58,425 nt of DNA, taken from the IMG/VR virus record IMGVR_UViG_3300030376_003371, positions 1-58,425 of that record. One strand, written 5' to 3'. Below the pieces are notes generated by a model. It worked only from the letters and a program-made list of their open reading frames with translations, did no database searches and was not told the origin of the DNA. The stretch comes from a virus (taxonomy: Duplodnaviria > Caudoviricetes). Shown here in pieces: positions 1 through 11,007 of this stretch; within the stretch, counting starts at the first letter, position 1; every line of letters begins with the position of its first letter. The translations under genes were made by a program, and so were the position numbers.

Positions 1-98
1 ATAACATAGGGAGAAAAGTTAAGTATCCTTAATACATCTGCCGGAGTATCTCCTTCACCAAGCTTATCTATGTTTTTTATAAACCTATCAATCTGAAT
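1..98. repeat. Terminal overlap, identical to 58326-58423; circular assembly, unit genome ~58,325 bp
   Basis: ATAACATAGGGAGAAAAG...CTATCAATCTGAAT is identical at both ends, and an ORF reads through the join. Confidence 0.95.
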
Positions 99-3000
99 AG
101 CAGGTAAACTTGTTGAGGCAGCAACTTCTAAATAGAATTTTTTAAATGCTTCTTTAGCTTTCTCTTCATCCTTCGTACCCATAGCTCTGTTAGCTAACTT
201 TAATAATCTTTGAAGTTGCATTAATGGAGCAATACTTCTAACGCTTTCTCCTGCATATGGCTTACCTTGTAGTAGGTCTGCAGTTCCACTTATCACTTCA
301 CCCACAATAAACAATGCATTCAAGTTACCTATAATTGCAGCTCTTAATAAATCATCATCATCTTCATCACGCACCGGTCTTAATAATCCCGGAAGTCCTA
401 ATGCAACATACTGAAACAATACCGGAGCAACTAAATGATAAGTAACAAACGTTCTAAGGTTCTGTCCTAACGTTCCTTTACCTGCGTTTCTATCCCAAGC
501 TTTTACTTTACGATATAAATTACGAGTTGATTGTATTTCTTTTCTTAAATATTGTTTAGGTGTAGTCAAGAACATATTCAATCCTCTTTGAAGTGCTCCT
601 GCAGTTTGATAGAAGTCTCTATCTTGTAGGTCCATAGATTGCTGTGTTCTTTTTGTATCTCTTTCAAACTTAACTATAGCTTCTTGCTGAGCTTCCTGTT
701 CAGTCTTTCCTTGCTTTAATGCTTGGTCTTTATAATATAAATAGTTAGGCATACCTCCTAAATAGATTGCCGCCTTATCCCCAAACTTAGTTGTGTACAT
801 AATAAAGTTTACATAGTTATCCCAATACTGATTAGGAACCATCTCAATCATTCCATCATTACTATAAGACTCTATTATCCTTGTTATAGATTGTTTGTTT
901 CTGTCTTGCATGTACACAGAATTCTTGGATATTTCTTTGACAGTCTTTATCATTTGAGGCACACTCTTTAATGAATACTTCAACCAATTTCCATAACCAA
1001 TATCATTACCATAGGTAATCATAGAAGTCAACTGCTTTATCATTACAGTAGGGTTCAGACCAATCCTTGAAAAGATAAACAGATTGTTCATTTTATTTAC
1101 AAACCTGTCTGCTGAATTAGTTCTTATACCTTGGTTAGCAATCTTACCAATCATATTACTAATCAATCTATTAACATAGTCCCCATGAATAGCAGCTATA
1201 GATTCACGCACTTGCTTATTACTAAATATTTTATTTATACTATTGATGGTTTCTCCGTAAGCAGCAAAGTATTCCATGTCACGCAGATAGGTTGACATCA
1301 CATTCATAGAGTTCATCTTTCTAATCGGTAAATTATTTTGTACCCTAGCTTTAGTTGATGAAGTTCCAACTGATGTATTCATTATGCTTTTATCTGCAAG
1401 TAAGTCAAGAGGTTGTTGCTCTATTGGGTTTCCTTGTGGGTCGTTTCGATATATCATACCGGAATAATATCTATTCCATGGCATGTTAGTTCTGTACAAT
1501 GCTTTATATGTGTTGTTGTAATGAGAGTAAAGAGAAGGATAAAATTCATTCACTTGCCAATCACCAAACTCTTTAATACTATCATCCATATTTGCCTCCA
1601 TCTCTTCCATAATTCTAGCAAAGTCTTTCCCAAATGTTGCTTTAAAAGAACCTCTGTTTGCAGGGTCCTTATATAAATTATAGTAGTATAGCATTTCGTT
1701 TTGAGACATCTCTACTTCATTCTCTGCTAATACTTCCTTAAGTATTTGTTTGTTCTTTAAACTTGGGTCGTTGTTAAAATTTTCTTTTGCTTTTGCCACA
1801 GCTTCAGGGTCAAGAACGTAAGCCACTTGTGGTTTGTTGTGAGCTCTTACTTGGTTTCTCCACTTCTTACCATACAATTCTTCAAGTTTAGTAGCAAGTA
1901 TCTCTTCTTGCTGCATCATTCTACCTTTATACATTCTTGTTGAGGCATCAACTCTTGCAGTAACTAACTCTTGAAGTCTACCGCCAAACATTTCTCCCGG
2001 AAGTTTAGATATTAAATCCATCAGTCCATCCAATGCTTCGGTTTCATTGAAGAATTTTTTTACATTTGTCTTAAGAGTATTAACAAACTTTGCAATTATA
2101 TTCTTAGTTCTTTTTTGTTTTTTGTTTCGCAACTTCTGATTCATTGAATCAAGCTCAACTCTAGCATCAGGGTCACCCATGTCAACTTTTTCTCCGGTGA
2201 TATCTTCAATTGCAATTGAAGCTTCATCGTTATACTCGTTGTGTTTATCTTGAAGTTGCTGTTTAAGTTCACTTCTACCCTGCTCAATCATTTCTGTAAG
2301 AGATGCAAGTGCTACATCCAATGACCCTGTTTTATTAACGTCATTGTTCTCCATAGTTAGAGCATTGTTAAGGTTTAACAAAATCTGAATATCAACCAAT
2401 CGACTCATGTCACCTTCCGATAAAACATTTTTTTGACGAATTTGATTGAACTCTTCAGTTAAATTTTTATTTGTATTCTCTATGTCTTCAGCTGTTGCAG
2501 TAGATGAGAGTCTGTCTTTTGCAATCCTCTGTATTCTTTCTTTTATATTAAGACTAATCTTCGCAGCTTTCTTTCTACCTGATTGTTTAGTTTCATACTT
2601 TCCATTCAGGATATTATCTATTTGCTTTTCTAACCTTACGTTATTCTTAGTATTAACAAACTCTATTATTTCATTAAATAAATTTTCTATTTGCGCAGTA
2701 CTACCTGCGTCAGTTATTTGTCTTACAAGCTTCATCACTTCACTACGAGTATATAAATCTGCCGGTAAAGATTTTCTAAGAAAGTTTCTCATCGCAACCT
2801 TTACGCTTTGTAAATCTACAGCACCACGCTTTCTTTGTTGAAGCATTCTTCGAGCCTCAGTAAGTTTCTCTTGTACACTTTCACTTGTTCTTGTACCTAC
2901 ACTTCTTTGAAACTCTACTTGAAGCTGAGCTTGTTTAGTTGTTAACCCTTTACTTCCATCGCCTTCGTTTTTATACTCAGGTTGTTTCTGTAAGTATTCT

Positions 3001-6000
3001 ATAGTTTGGTCCGCTATTTGTTGTTCTGTAAGCTTGACCTTTTTTCTCTTGTTGGAGTTGATAAGCTTTTGCTCAAATGCTTTTACTCTTTTATATAGTT
3101 TAAGTCCTGATTCTACACCACCTTCTATATTGGTAAAGCTTTTAGGAAGAGTTTTAAATAAATTAACATCTACTTCCATTATCTTATTGACTAATTTGGC
3201 AGGATATTTTTTAACTCTTACTAAGAAATCTTTTATTACCTCGTCTCTAAAGTTAGAATCTCTTGACTCATTTATAATATCAGTTATTTCTTTTTGTTGT
3301 CTACCTCTTCTTGAAGTAACTTCTTTTACTCCTGAACCATAAGGTGCTACCTTTTGACTAGTAGTAGTTCTACCTGCACCCTCCATTGACTCTCTCATTT
3401 CCTTTGGCATCAATTCAAATGCATCAATCTTTGTGTCAGGAACACCTACAACTTCTCCAAGAATAGTATTGGTATAAGTAGAATGGTTAGAACCTTCCTT
3501 GACTCCTGTTGGTTTTAACACCATCATGATATCATTTTGTTGGAAGTTGTTCTCTGCATAGAAACCATCTCTAAAAATTTCAGGGTCAATAAAACCATCC
3601 AACTCTTTAACGAGTTTGTGATATGCTGTGTTAGGAGTTTTACCTTGAGCAATATGCGCAATCAAAAAGTTTTTTCTTACTGAACCATCAGCTTCTTTTA
3701 TTTCTTGCCAACTATCATACTCTGTTAGCACATCTCTAACACCCTTAACAGGTTTAGTTTCTAATGCCTTCTCTTTAAATGTAGCGTAGTCGCCAAGCTT
3801 ATCTGTATATTTATCGTATACCTTTTTATTAAACAAGTGACTCTTTGATGGTGAGCCACTAATAATAAATATATAATCAGCTTTGCCTATATTTTTTTCA
3901 AGTGTTTTTTTAGTTAAACTACTTGCCCATATTTCACCTTCTTTTTGTAGTGCGTAACTTGGACCTGCATCTATATCCATCTCTGCATCTAAACCTAATT
4001 GGTCAGCTACCCAAAACCAAACCTTCTGACCTTTGTCTGCAATGGTATCAATTAATGAATCAATATCAATTTTTTTAGCAGAGCTTACTAAGGATAGGGG
4101 GTACGAGTCTTTAAATTTTATCTTCTGTTGTCGCCCTTTACTCTTTGGTTTTACAATAGTAGTTGGATTACCTATTGGGTTTGTACCATTATCAAGTTCT
4201 TCTAATGTAGCTATGTCAGCTTGTTCAATCTCTTCACCGGTTCTAGTTTTTCTAGCTAAGGTGTTTAATAAATCAATTATATCTCTATCAGTTTTTGTAA
4301 ACTGTGAACCTAAGTCAATTCCAACTTTTGAAGCCATACTTTTTATAAAGTTTACAATGGCATTTTTAGATGGCTTAGTTAAACTCTTATAGTCTGATGC
4401 CATCATTCCAAATAATTCTGACAATGCTTCTTCATTAGCTATCGACATACCTTCAGATTGGTATGCTCTTTCAAACGCATCCATTCTGTTTGCCATCAAA
4501 CTATTTTTATCTAACGTCTTACGAACAGAGCCAATCATTTTAGTTACTGCTTCAGCAGTTTTAGTCTCTCCTAAAGTATTAAATAACACAGCATGAAAAA
4601 CCTCATGAGGTACAGTTGTAGCTGTAGCTCCTTCAAGATTAATGTGAATAGTATTATTATCAAAATCAAAAAAACCTCTACCTTCAGGAGCAACTTTATT
4701 AAACTCGTCTATAGATTCATGAAGAACTATTTTTGTCTTAGGTAATATTGTCTTGATAGAGTTGGCTGCTTTGGACGCAATGTCAATCACCATTCCTCTC
4801 ATAGATTTTAAATCAGGTGTAAGCTCACTACCTCTTTTTCCTTTTCTATTAAAGAATAAATTGTTTTGAGTAGTCGTTTCTGTTTGAGTTTCTTCTCCAA
4901 AGAATCCTTCAATATCAGCTCGTTCTTCTGTTGTTACATCAGTATCTTCTTGAACCTGCTCATCAACTTGCTCTTGAACACCAAGCTCAGGAATTGATTG
5001 CTCTAATTTGTTTTGATTTTCTAAGTTTGTTTCCGCTGTACTTTGAATACCTTCAAGAGCAGTATTAATATCATTTACTCTTGCCTGTTCCTTTTTAACT
5101 AGCTCAGGTGCTTTACCTTCCATTTTAGATTCTAAGGTTTGCTTTTCTAATAGTAACTGTAAAGCTTCTTTTTTCTGTTGAGTCGTATAATCTGTAGGTA
5201 CTTTAGGAGCAAGACCTTCTAACTGCTCAAAGTTTTTTAATTCTGCGTCTGCTTCTTTCTGTGTTTTTGTTCCGGCTGCTACCTCTTGTTTTAGTTTGGT
5301 AACAAACATAGTTTTATATTGAGGGTCAGACATGATGCCTTCAAAGATTTTAAAGACCCCATCATCTACTTCAGGCAATTTTCCTCCCGCAGCCATGTTT
5401 GAAACAGCAGGTATCACACCTAATGTAAAACCACCGACAGCTTCTTGAGCACCGGCATACATCATTTGAGATGCAACGTCTATAAATGTATCAGGGTTTT
5501 GAAATAAATTTTTTCCTTTAGATGCATCAAATATTTCTTTAATACCTATCGTTGCGCCTTCTTGCAAGAATCCTGTTTCAAATTCTGCAAGTCCACCTGC
5601 ACCTATTGTAAGAACTCCTCGTGCAACCATCTGCTTAACATCTTGTCTTATAAATTCTTGAAATGTTTTTGCTGTAGTTTTTTCCGTAGATTGACCTAAA
5701 GCTCTAGCAATCACACCGTTTAACAATCCTTTTTGTTGAACAATGTTTCTAAAACCTATAGCTTCTAATGCACCTACTGCAAGACCTACCGGTACTTTAA
5801 CAAAATACTTTTCATTCTCAGTAATCTCATCAAACGCAGGGTCCTTTGACATCTCTTGGTCTATGTGGTCACTAGTAAGAGCATACATCTGTGCTGTTCT
5901 TTGAATCATACCGGGGATTCCTTTACCACCAATCATGGCAGGTAAAGATTCTGCAAGACCTAAAAATGCACCACCCCAAAAACCTTGCTTTTGAAGATTT

Positions 6001-7616
6001 GCCCATTGCTCTGTAGTAGATTGGTCTCCCAACACTTGTACCATACCTGCTCTTGTAGCGTCTAACATTCCCATTTCAGTATCAAAATAATTTGACTGTA
6101 CAGAAAATGGATTACCCGCAGGTCTTACATTACCTGTTGTTCTAAATCTATCATACGCATTTGGACCATAATACTTTATAGCTTTTTTATAGGCATCTTT
6201 AGTTCTGCTTATAGAAGACTCAACTAAATTTTCTCCATCTTCAGTTGTAAGATTACTTAAAATACTTTGAGCCTCTTTAGCATCATATTGTGATAGTGAT
6301 TTGCTTAATGCAATCTTGTCTTCTTCCGTTAGTTCGTTTTTATTAAGTAAACTTTTTATTTCATCTGACCCCTCTCCTTTTCCTATATACTGATACTTTT
6401 CAGGAGACTCTATAAACCTTCTAAGCGCATCATTAGTTATATCACTTTGAAGACTAGCTTCGTTATAACCCATCTGCATAGGATTTACTTCAACAAAAAA
6501 GTCTGTCATTACATCTACTGCTTGTGAAGCGAATGAAGAAGCTCCTTTCATCGCAGCATTCCAAAGACCACCGGACCAAGTACCTTGTGTGCTTTGCATT
6601 TGCACATATCTACCTACCTCTTGGTCAAGTAGTGCACCCTTTTCGGAAAAGGTTTTTTCTTTTTCTTGAAGCTTACTGAAAGCTCCCATCAAATCTTTTT
6701 TCTGATTAATATATGTTTGATAGGCTGCTTTTTTTTCAGGGTTACCTTTTATATCACTAGCAGAAAGACCTGCGAATTGAGCTTCATATAACTTATCAAG
6801 CTCTGCTTTGGCATTTGAAAACTCAACTACTTCTTGTCTAAAGTTTTCTGTCTGCTCATTAAAAAGTTTAACAGTAGCTTCTATTTCTTTTTCATCTCTT
6901 ATTTGCTGATTCTTCTTTTCAATTCTAGAAGTGGTTGCAGCTAGTCTATTTTCTGATTCAACTCTGTTTTTTTCCAAAAAATTTCTAAGCTTTGCAGCTT
7001 CTGCTGTTTCAGTTGCACCCATCATAGGGTCTAAGTCTATAGATATTTTTTCTCCATTTGCAGATTGAACAACCATTGCATCTCCGATACCTGTCTCTTC
7101 AAAAGTAAAACCATAATCATTGAATCTATAGTTTAAATCAGGCACAACGAACTCTTCTTCTTTGTCTATAAGTTTATTGGTAATAGTGCTTAAGCCAACA
7201 TCGAATGGGTCTTCGATTTCATCAGCTAATAGAGTTCCTGCAAAAGGGTCTTCAACTTCTTCCTCTGTAATAGATGATTCCGATGAAACATTTTCTGTCT
7301 CCGATTGTAAAGGTGATTCCAAACCTTCGGGGACTTCGGGTAGATTTGGTTGGTCCAATCCGATTGGATTTTTTTTTTCCGGGTCATCTGTCGAGACAAT
7401 CTCCGTTTCTTCTACAACATTAGTTGAATCTCCAAAGCCAACAAGGGTCTTGAACTGATTAATATCTTTCTGATAACCCTCACCTTTAGCAACATTATAC
7501 ATATTGTTAAGTGCCTCTTCATTAGACCCCATCAAAACTTTAAAGTCTTCAAAAGATTTAGAGTAGCCTTCTGCTTGTGCTAAGCTATATAATTGTTGTA
7601 CTGCCTCTTCGTTCAT
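1..7616 (-). CDS. Giant (~2600 aa) virion ejection/polyvalent protein with a zincin metallopeptidase motif; 5' part, continues across the origin to 58139
   Basis: ATG at 7616 (MNEEAVQQLYSLAQAEGY...). Open frame read by hand to base 1. HEVFH at 4593-4607 followed by EEALSELFG. Last gene of the ejection cluster. Absent from the ORF track because it runs off the edge. Confidence 0.88.
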   Translation of the reverse strand, partial: MNEEAVQQLYSLAQAEGYSKSFEDFKVLMGSNEEALNNMYNVAKGEGYQKDINQFKTLVGFGDSTNVVEETEIVSTDDPEKKNPIGLDQPNLPEVPEGLESPLQSETENVSSESSITEEEVEDPFAGTLLADEIEDPFDVGLSTITNKLIDKEEEFVVPDLNYRFNDYGFTFEETGIGDAMVVQSANGEKISIDLDPMMGATETAEAAKLRNFLEKNRVESENRLAATTSRIEKKNQQIRDEKEIEATVKLFNEQTENFRQEVVEFSNAKAELDKLYEAQFAGLSASDIKGNPEKKAAYQTYINQKKDLMGAFSKLQEKEKTFSEKGALLDQEVGRYVQMQSTQGTWSGGLWNAAMKGASSFASQAVDVMTDFFVEVNPMQMGYNEASLQSDITNDALRRFIESPEKYQYIGKGEGSDEIKSLLNKNELTEEDKIALSKSLSQYDAKEAQSILSNLTTEDGENLVESSISRTKDAYKKAIKYYGPNAYDRFRTTGNVRPAGNPFSVQSNYFDTEMGMLDATRAGMVQVLGDQSTTEQWANLQKQGFWGGAFLGLAESLPAMIGGKGIPGMIQRTAQMYALTSDHIDQEMSKDPAFDEITENEKYFVKVPVGLAVGALEAIGFRNIVQQKGLLNGVIARALGQSTEKTTAKTFQEFIRQDVKQMVARGVLTIGAGGLAEFETGFLQEGATIGIKEIFDASKGKNLFQNPDTFIDVASQMMYAGAQEAVGGFTLGVIPAVSNMAAGGKLPEVDDGVFKIFEGIMSDPQYKTMFVTKLKQEVAAGTKTQKEADAELKNFEQLEGLAPKVPTDYTTQQKKEALQLLLEKQTLESKMEGKAPELVKKEQARVNDINTALEGIQSTAETNLENQNKLEQSIPELGVQEQVDEQVQEDTDVTTEERADIEGFFGEETQTETTTQNNLFFNRKGKRGSELTPDLKSMRGMVIDIASKAANSIKTILPKTKIVLHESIDEFNKVAPEGRGFFDFDNNTIHINLEGATATTVPHEVFHAVLFNTLGETKTAEAVTKMIGSVRKTLDKNSLMANRMDAFERAYQSEGMSIANEEALSELFGMMASDYKSLTKPSKNAIVNFIKSMASKVGIDLGSQFTKTDRDIIDLLNTLARKTRTGEEIEQADIATLEELDNGTNPIGNPTTIVKPKSKGRQQKIKFKDSYPLSLVSSAKKIDIDSLIDTIADKGQKVWFWVADQLGLDAEMDIDAGPSYALQKEGEIWASSLTKKTLEKNIGKADYIFIISGSPSKSHLFNKKVYDKYTDKLGDYATFKEKALETKPVKGVRDVLTEYDSWQEIKEADGSVRKNFLIAHIAQGKTPNTAYHKLVKELDGFIDPEIFRDGFYAENNFQQNDIMMVLKPTGVKEGSNHSTYTNTILGEVVGVPDTKIDAFELMPKEMRESMEGAGRTTTSQKVAPYGSGVKEVTSRRGRQQKEITDIINESRDSNFRDEVIKDFLVRVKKYPAKLVNKIMEVDVNLFKTLPKSFTNIEGGVESGLKLYKRVKAFEQKLINSNKRKKVKLTEQQIADQTIEYLQKQPEYKNEGDGSKGLTTKQAQLQVEFQRSVGTRTSESVQEKLTEARRMLQQRKRGAVDLQSVKVAMRNFLRKSLPADLYTRSEVMKLVRQITDAGSTAQIENLFNEIIEFVNTKNNVRLEKQIDNILNGKYETKQSGRKKAAKISLNIKERIQRIAKDRLSSTATAEDIENTNKNLTEEFNQIRQKNVLSEGDMSRLVDIQILLNLNNALTMENNDVNKTGSLDVALASLTEMIEQGRSELKQQLQDKHNEYNDEASIAIEDITGEKVDMGDPDARVELDSMNQKLRNKKQKRTKNIIAKFVNTLKTNVKKFFNETEALDGLMDLISKLPGEMFGGRLQELVTARVDASTRMYKGRMMQQEEILATKLEELYGKKWRNQVRAHNKPQVAYVLDPEAVAKAKENFNNDPSLKNKQILKEVLAENEVEMSQNEMLYYYNLYKDPANRGSFKATFGKDFARIMEEMEANMDDSIKEFGDWQVNEFYPSLYSHYNNTYKALYRTNMPWNRYYSGMIYRNDPQGNPIEQQPLDLLADKSIMNTSVGTSSTKARVQNNLPIRKMNSMNVMSTYLRDMEYFAAYGETINSINKIFSNKQVRESIAAIHGDYVNRLISNMIGKIANQGIRTNSADRFVNKMNNLFIFSRIGLNPTVMIKQLTSMITYGNDIGYGNWLKYSLKSVPQMIKTVKEISKNSVYMQDRNKQSITRIIESYSNDGMIEMVPNQYWDNYVNFIMYTTKFGDKAAIYLGGMPNYLYYKDQALKQGKTEQEAQQEAIVKFERDTKRTQQSMDLQDRDFYQTAGALQRGLNMFLTTPKQYLRKEIQSTRNLYRKVKAWDRNAGKGTLGQNLRTFVTYHLVAPVLFQYVALGLPGLLRPVRDEDDDDLLRAAIIGNLNALFIVGEVISGTADLLQGKPYAGESVRSIAPLMQLQRLLKLANRAMGTKDEEKAKEAFKKFYLEVAASTSLPAIQIDRFIKNIDKLGEGDTPADVLRILNFSPYV

Positions 7617-7629
7617 TTATATCTATGTA

Positions 7630-9552
7630 TTAATAGTCTGCCATACTTTTGCCGCCACCTTTGCCGCTAGTTTTTCCAACTTGATTATTCAAGAAATCTT
7701 GTTGTGACTCTGCTTCCGCAGCACTTGTATTTCCTTTTATAAACACAAGAAGTTTTTCAAGCTCAGCATTAGCCAAAGTTGGATTGTCTTGATTACTGTT
7801 TACACTTAACTTATTGTCTCCTTTCTTTATTGTTACAGTACTGTTCCATGAATTTGGAACATTTACTTCAAATCCAAATGGTGAAAGTAAGGCTTTTAAT
7901 GCCTCACCTGTATCATCATCCTCTGCGCCCAAGAACAAGCTAGAATCTACTTTTGTATCGTAATATCTAGTAACCTGTTGTTGTGGTGTTTCCTCCTGTG
8001 TGGTTCCTGCTCCTGAACTCGTTTCTGTAATAGAACCTAATTCATATTCCTTTCCTACTTTATAAGGAGAGTTAAGAATATCTCCTCTTTTAGTTTCTAC
8101 TCTTCCGTCTTTATATATAACATCATAAGTGCCTTCTGCTTCTCCTGCTTTAACCTCTGCTACAATACCTGTTCTTACACCACCTGCTAAGTCAACACTT
8201 TCCGCAATGTTTGCCTCACCTGTTAATAGTACTGCTGATTCTGCAAAGTCCGTAAAGCTCATAAGATTACCTTTGTCATCTATAAGTGGAACTTCTTTTG
8301 TTACACCCTCATTATTAGTTACATATATAATATTCCCTCTCTTTTGAACCTCAGCAACGTCAGTAAAGTTATCTCTAAAATAAGTTTCAGCTGCTTTAAC
8401 TGCTGCCGCATCACCATAATAAAGGTCAGATAGTTTATTAAATGAGTTTTCAGCAACTCCTTTATTCTTTCTGTCATTCTTTGTAGTAGGTGGTTCATAA
8501 CCTCTACGAGAAGATTTAACATCTATCTTTTTATCTACTGAATCGTTAAGTCTTTCTATAATAGCATTTTTTACTTTACCCTTTTGCTCATCTGTAAACA
8601 CAGGTTCACCACTTCTATTATTGGTTCTGTCTAAATAAATTTCATTAGGCTCTCTTTTGCTCTCATCAGGCTCATAACTAAAAGTGTATTGTTTTCCATT
8701 AGATGCTCTTAGGTTTTCGTTTGTTAAAATAGAAGTAACATGAAATGGATTTGACATCATTGCATCAGCAGTATAACCTGCCCATTCAAAGTATTCTTTT
8801 AAAACCTCATCATCTCCGGAATATTTTCCTCCTTGAGAACTTGTTTTAAATATCATATCAAGACCACCTTCACCTGCATACTTTACATCTATTTCATCTA
8901 TTATTCCTAAATCATCCACCGCAGTATTTACTTCTTTTCTTACATCGAAATAATCATATTCTCCTGAAAGATTACCCATAAGCTCAGGTATAGTTTGATA
9001 TGCACCGGGATTTGTATCCATTTTACCATCCTTCCATAAACCAATTGAGACCATTCCACTATTAGGATTAATTAGTGCTTTGGTGTTTCGTAAGTTATAT
9101 AGTCCTTCTGCTTGTTCCATCTTCCATTGCTCTAGCATTTGAGAACGAGTTGCAGGGTCTGCAGAATTCATTCTTTCCATTTTCAGTTTATAAGCTTCCT
9201 GATAGGATTGTGCTAGTTTAAACATTTGCTTATTCGAATCATTTAAGTTGGCTCTAACTACAGCATAATCACGAGGTTGTAAAACCCCTTGCTTTAATAA
9301 TCGGTCTTGAGTAAGTAGGACTTGAGATGCGTCACTTGCGTAGTTTGAAATAAAGGTATTACCGTCTACATATTCTCCTGATGGTGCATTATTTAAAGTG
9401 TCCACCATTTCACGAGAAGCTTTGTCTATCTCAGCTTTCTGTTGATTTCTAACATTAGCTTCTTCTTGTAGAACTGTTGTGAATTGTTGAGCTACTGCCG
9501 ACCAATCTACTTGGTTGGTTGCCTCTCTTTTAACGTATCCAAATTTTGTCAT
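7630..9552 (-). CDS. Putative internal virion/ejection protein (640 aa)
   Basis: Helical, charged protein lying between the small and giant ejection genes, as in podovirus ejection operons. Confidence 0.6.
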   Translation of the reverse strand: MTKFGYVKREATNQVDWSAVAQQFTTVLQEEANVRNQQKAEIDKASREMVDTLNNAPSGEYVDGNTFISNYASDASQVLLTQDRLLKQGVLQPRDYAVVRANLNDSNKQMFKLAQSYQEAYKLKMERMNSADPATRSQMLEQWKMEQAEGLYNLRNTKALINPNSGMVSIGLWKDGKMDTNPGAYQTIPELMGNLSGEYDYFDVRKEVNTAVDDLGIIDEIDVKYAGEGGLDMIFKTSSQGGKYSGDDEVLKEYFEWAGYTADAMMSNPFHVTSILTNENLRASNGKQYTFSYEPDESKREPNEIYLDRTNNRSGEPVFTDEQKGKVKNAIIERLNDSVDKKIDVKSSRRGYEPPTTKNDRKNKGVAENSFNKLSDLYYGDAAAVKAAETYFRDNFTDVAEVQKRGNIIYVTNNEGVTKEVPLIDDKGNLMSFTDFAESAVLLTGEANIAESVDLAGGVRTGIVAEVKAGEAEGTYDVIYKDGRVETKRGDILNSPYKVGKEYELGSITETSSGAGTTQEETPQQQVTRYYDTKVDSSLFLGAEDDDTGEALKALLSPFGFEVNVPNSWNSTVTIKKGDNKLSVNSNQDNPTLANAELEKLLVFIKGNTSAAEAESQQDFLNNQVGKTSGKGGGKSMADY

Positions 9553-9555
9553 ATC

Positions 9556-10473
9556 TTAATTAGTTATGGTTGTCGTAGTCGTAGTACCTAACAATGAATT
9601 TAGTTCTTGAAGTTCTACCTCTGTGATAGTACCTGCAGATTGTTTTTGTCTCAGCATCTGAAGCCTTGCTTGTTGTGGAGTTTGCGTAAGCGCATTAATA
9701 CCTCCGCTTTGTGCTGCAAAATTAGCTTGAAATGCTTCGTTACCAAAAATTAAATTCTTTTGGTTAGGGTCTAGGCTTCTTCTGAATTTTCTAAAATCAC
9801 TTTTCTTTCCTGAACCTAAAGCTGAGGGGTCAAATGCTTTACCATTAATGTCTCCAATGTCAGCTATCTGCTCAGCAGAAAACTCAGTCTCTCCTATTGC
9901 AGCCATTTGTGCATCAGTATTTTGACCATATAAAGGTATCATTTGAATACCTTGTTGAACTGTACTTACAGCACCTTGTATTCCGGCTGCTGTTTGTGCA
10001 GCTGCTTTAGCTTCTGCATCTGCTGCTGCCTGTTGAGCTCCCTGTATTTCTCCTAAGTCTAATTGAACATTTAAGTCTCTTAATCTTGCATCTTCTTCAG
10101 CTACAGCTTTTTCAATAGATTGAAGTTCTTGACCCATTTGAGTTCTTACTTGACCTTGAGCTTGAGTCTGTGCTTGTTGTAGTCTACCGGCTGTTGCGGC
10201 TACACCTCTTTGACTTCCTTCTTGAGCTGCAGCTAAGGCAGTTGCTCCTTGTTGAAGTAATGCCTCTCGTTGAAGTTCATATGGTTCTTTCTTTATAGAA
10301 AGCTGTTCCATATAATTTATATCTAATCTTTTTCTTGCTTGACGCATCATTGCTTCAGCTTTAGATTCAGCATCTCTTTGTTGTCTTCTAGATGCACCTG
10401 CTTGAGCAAAAGAAGCACCGGTACCTATTGCTGATAATGCTAACCCTGCAATTGCAAATCCGATTCCTGCCAT
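9556..10473 (-). CDS. Putative internal virion/ejection protein (T7 gp14-like position)
   Basis: Gly/Ala hydrophobic N-terminus (MAGIGFAIAGLALSAIGTGAS) followed by an Ala/Gln coiled coil. Confidence 0.65.
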   Translation of the reverse strand: MAGIGFAIAGLALSAIGTGASFAQAGASRRQQRDAESKAEAMMRQARKRLDINYMEQLSIKKEPYELQREALLQQGATALAAAQEGSQRGVAATAGRLQQAQTQAQGQVRTQMGQELQSIEKAVAEEDARLRDLNVQLDLGEIQGAQQAAADAEAKAAAQTAAGIQGAVSTVQQGIQMIPLYGQNTDAQMAAIGETEFSAEQIADIGDINGKAFDPSALGSGKKSDFRKFRRSLDPNQKNLIFGNEAFQANFAAQSGGINALTQTPQQARLQMLRQKQSAGTITEVELQELNSLLGTTTTTTITN

Positions 10474-10988
10474 AATTTTTTAATTTTGTTTATAACCTTT
10501 TTAGGAAGGTCTTTGTAATTATTTGTATACACATCTGCCTCCGCTTCTTCAAAAGTTTTAGCTTTTGTTTTGTACACTCCAACTAAAATAGTGTCTTCGT
10601 GTACATAAAAAACTCTTTGAGCTCCTACTTTTGTGAAAATTTTATGAGGTGCTTTCACTATTCTAACAACTCCTTTATCATCTAAGTAAGAAAACATTCC
10701 TTTTAAAACAAATGTAGGGTGACTCTGTTTATGTATCATACTGATAACTACACTACCCTTTGGCATAAATAGTTCTCGAGTATATATACCACCTTCTATA
10801 TGTTGCTTTAGTGGATAAGTTTTTTTTAACTCTTCACATTGCTCATCACCTGCTTGATGGGTTATACCCCCTTGAAATGTACCAAGTTTTTTTTGAAACT
10901 GTTCGATTTTTTCCCACATTACTCCTGTTAATTGAGGGATACCACCTAGTACTCTTTCTGCCACAAGTGATTGTTGCTCGTCAATCAT
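10440..10988 (-). CDS. Cupin-fold protein
   Basis: GIYTRELFMPKGSVVISMIHKQSHPTFVLKG...KAPHKIFTKVGAQRVFYVHEDT double-stranded beta-helix pattern. Confidence 0.6.
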   Translation of the reverse strand: MIDEQQSLVAERVLGGIPQLTGVMWEKIEQFQKKLGTFQGGITHQAGDEQCEELKKTYPLKQHIEGGIYTRELFMPKGSVVISMIHKQSHPTFVLKGMFSYLDDKGVVRIVKAPHKIFTKVGAQRVFYVHEDTILVGVYKTKAKTFEEAEADVYTNNYKDLPKKVINKIKKLWQESDLQLQG

Positions 10989-10992
10989 ATGA

Positions 10993-11000
10993 CAAAGATA
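10993..11000 (-). promoter_or_regulatory. Bacteroidota sigma-A -7 element, 4 nt before the ATG at 10988
   Basis: TATCTTTG-tcat-ATG. Confidence 0.7.
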
Positions 11001-11007
11001 ACAAATT

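Noticed and set aside
1413-7458. Plus-strand ORFs at 1413, 2446, 3034, 4033 and 7162
   Set aside because: Antisense shadows of the giant minus-strand gene, with Ser/Leu/Phe-rich composition
1-7616. Virion RNA polymerase (crAss-type)
   Set aside because: No DxDxD catalytic motif in a polymerase-like context seen in the translation; a structure search would be needed to exclude it fully
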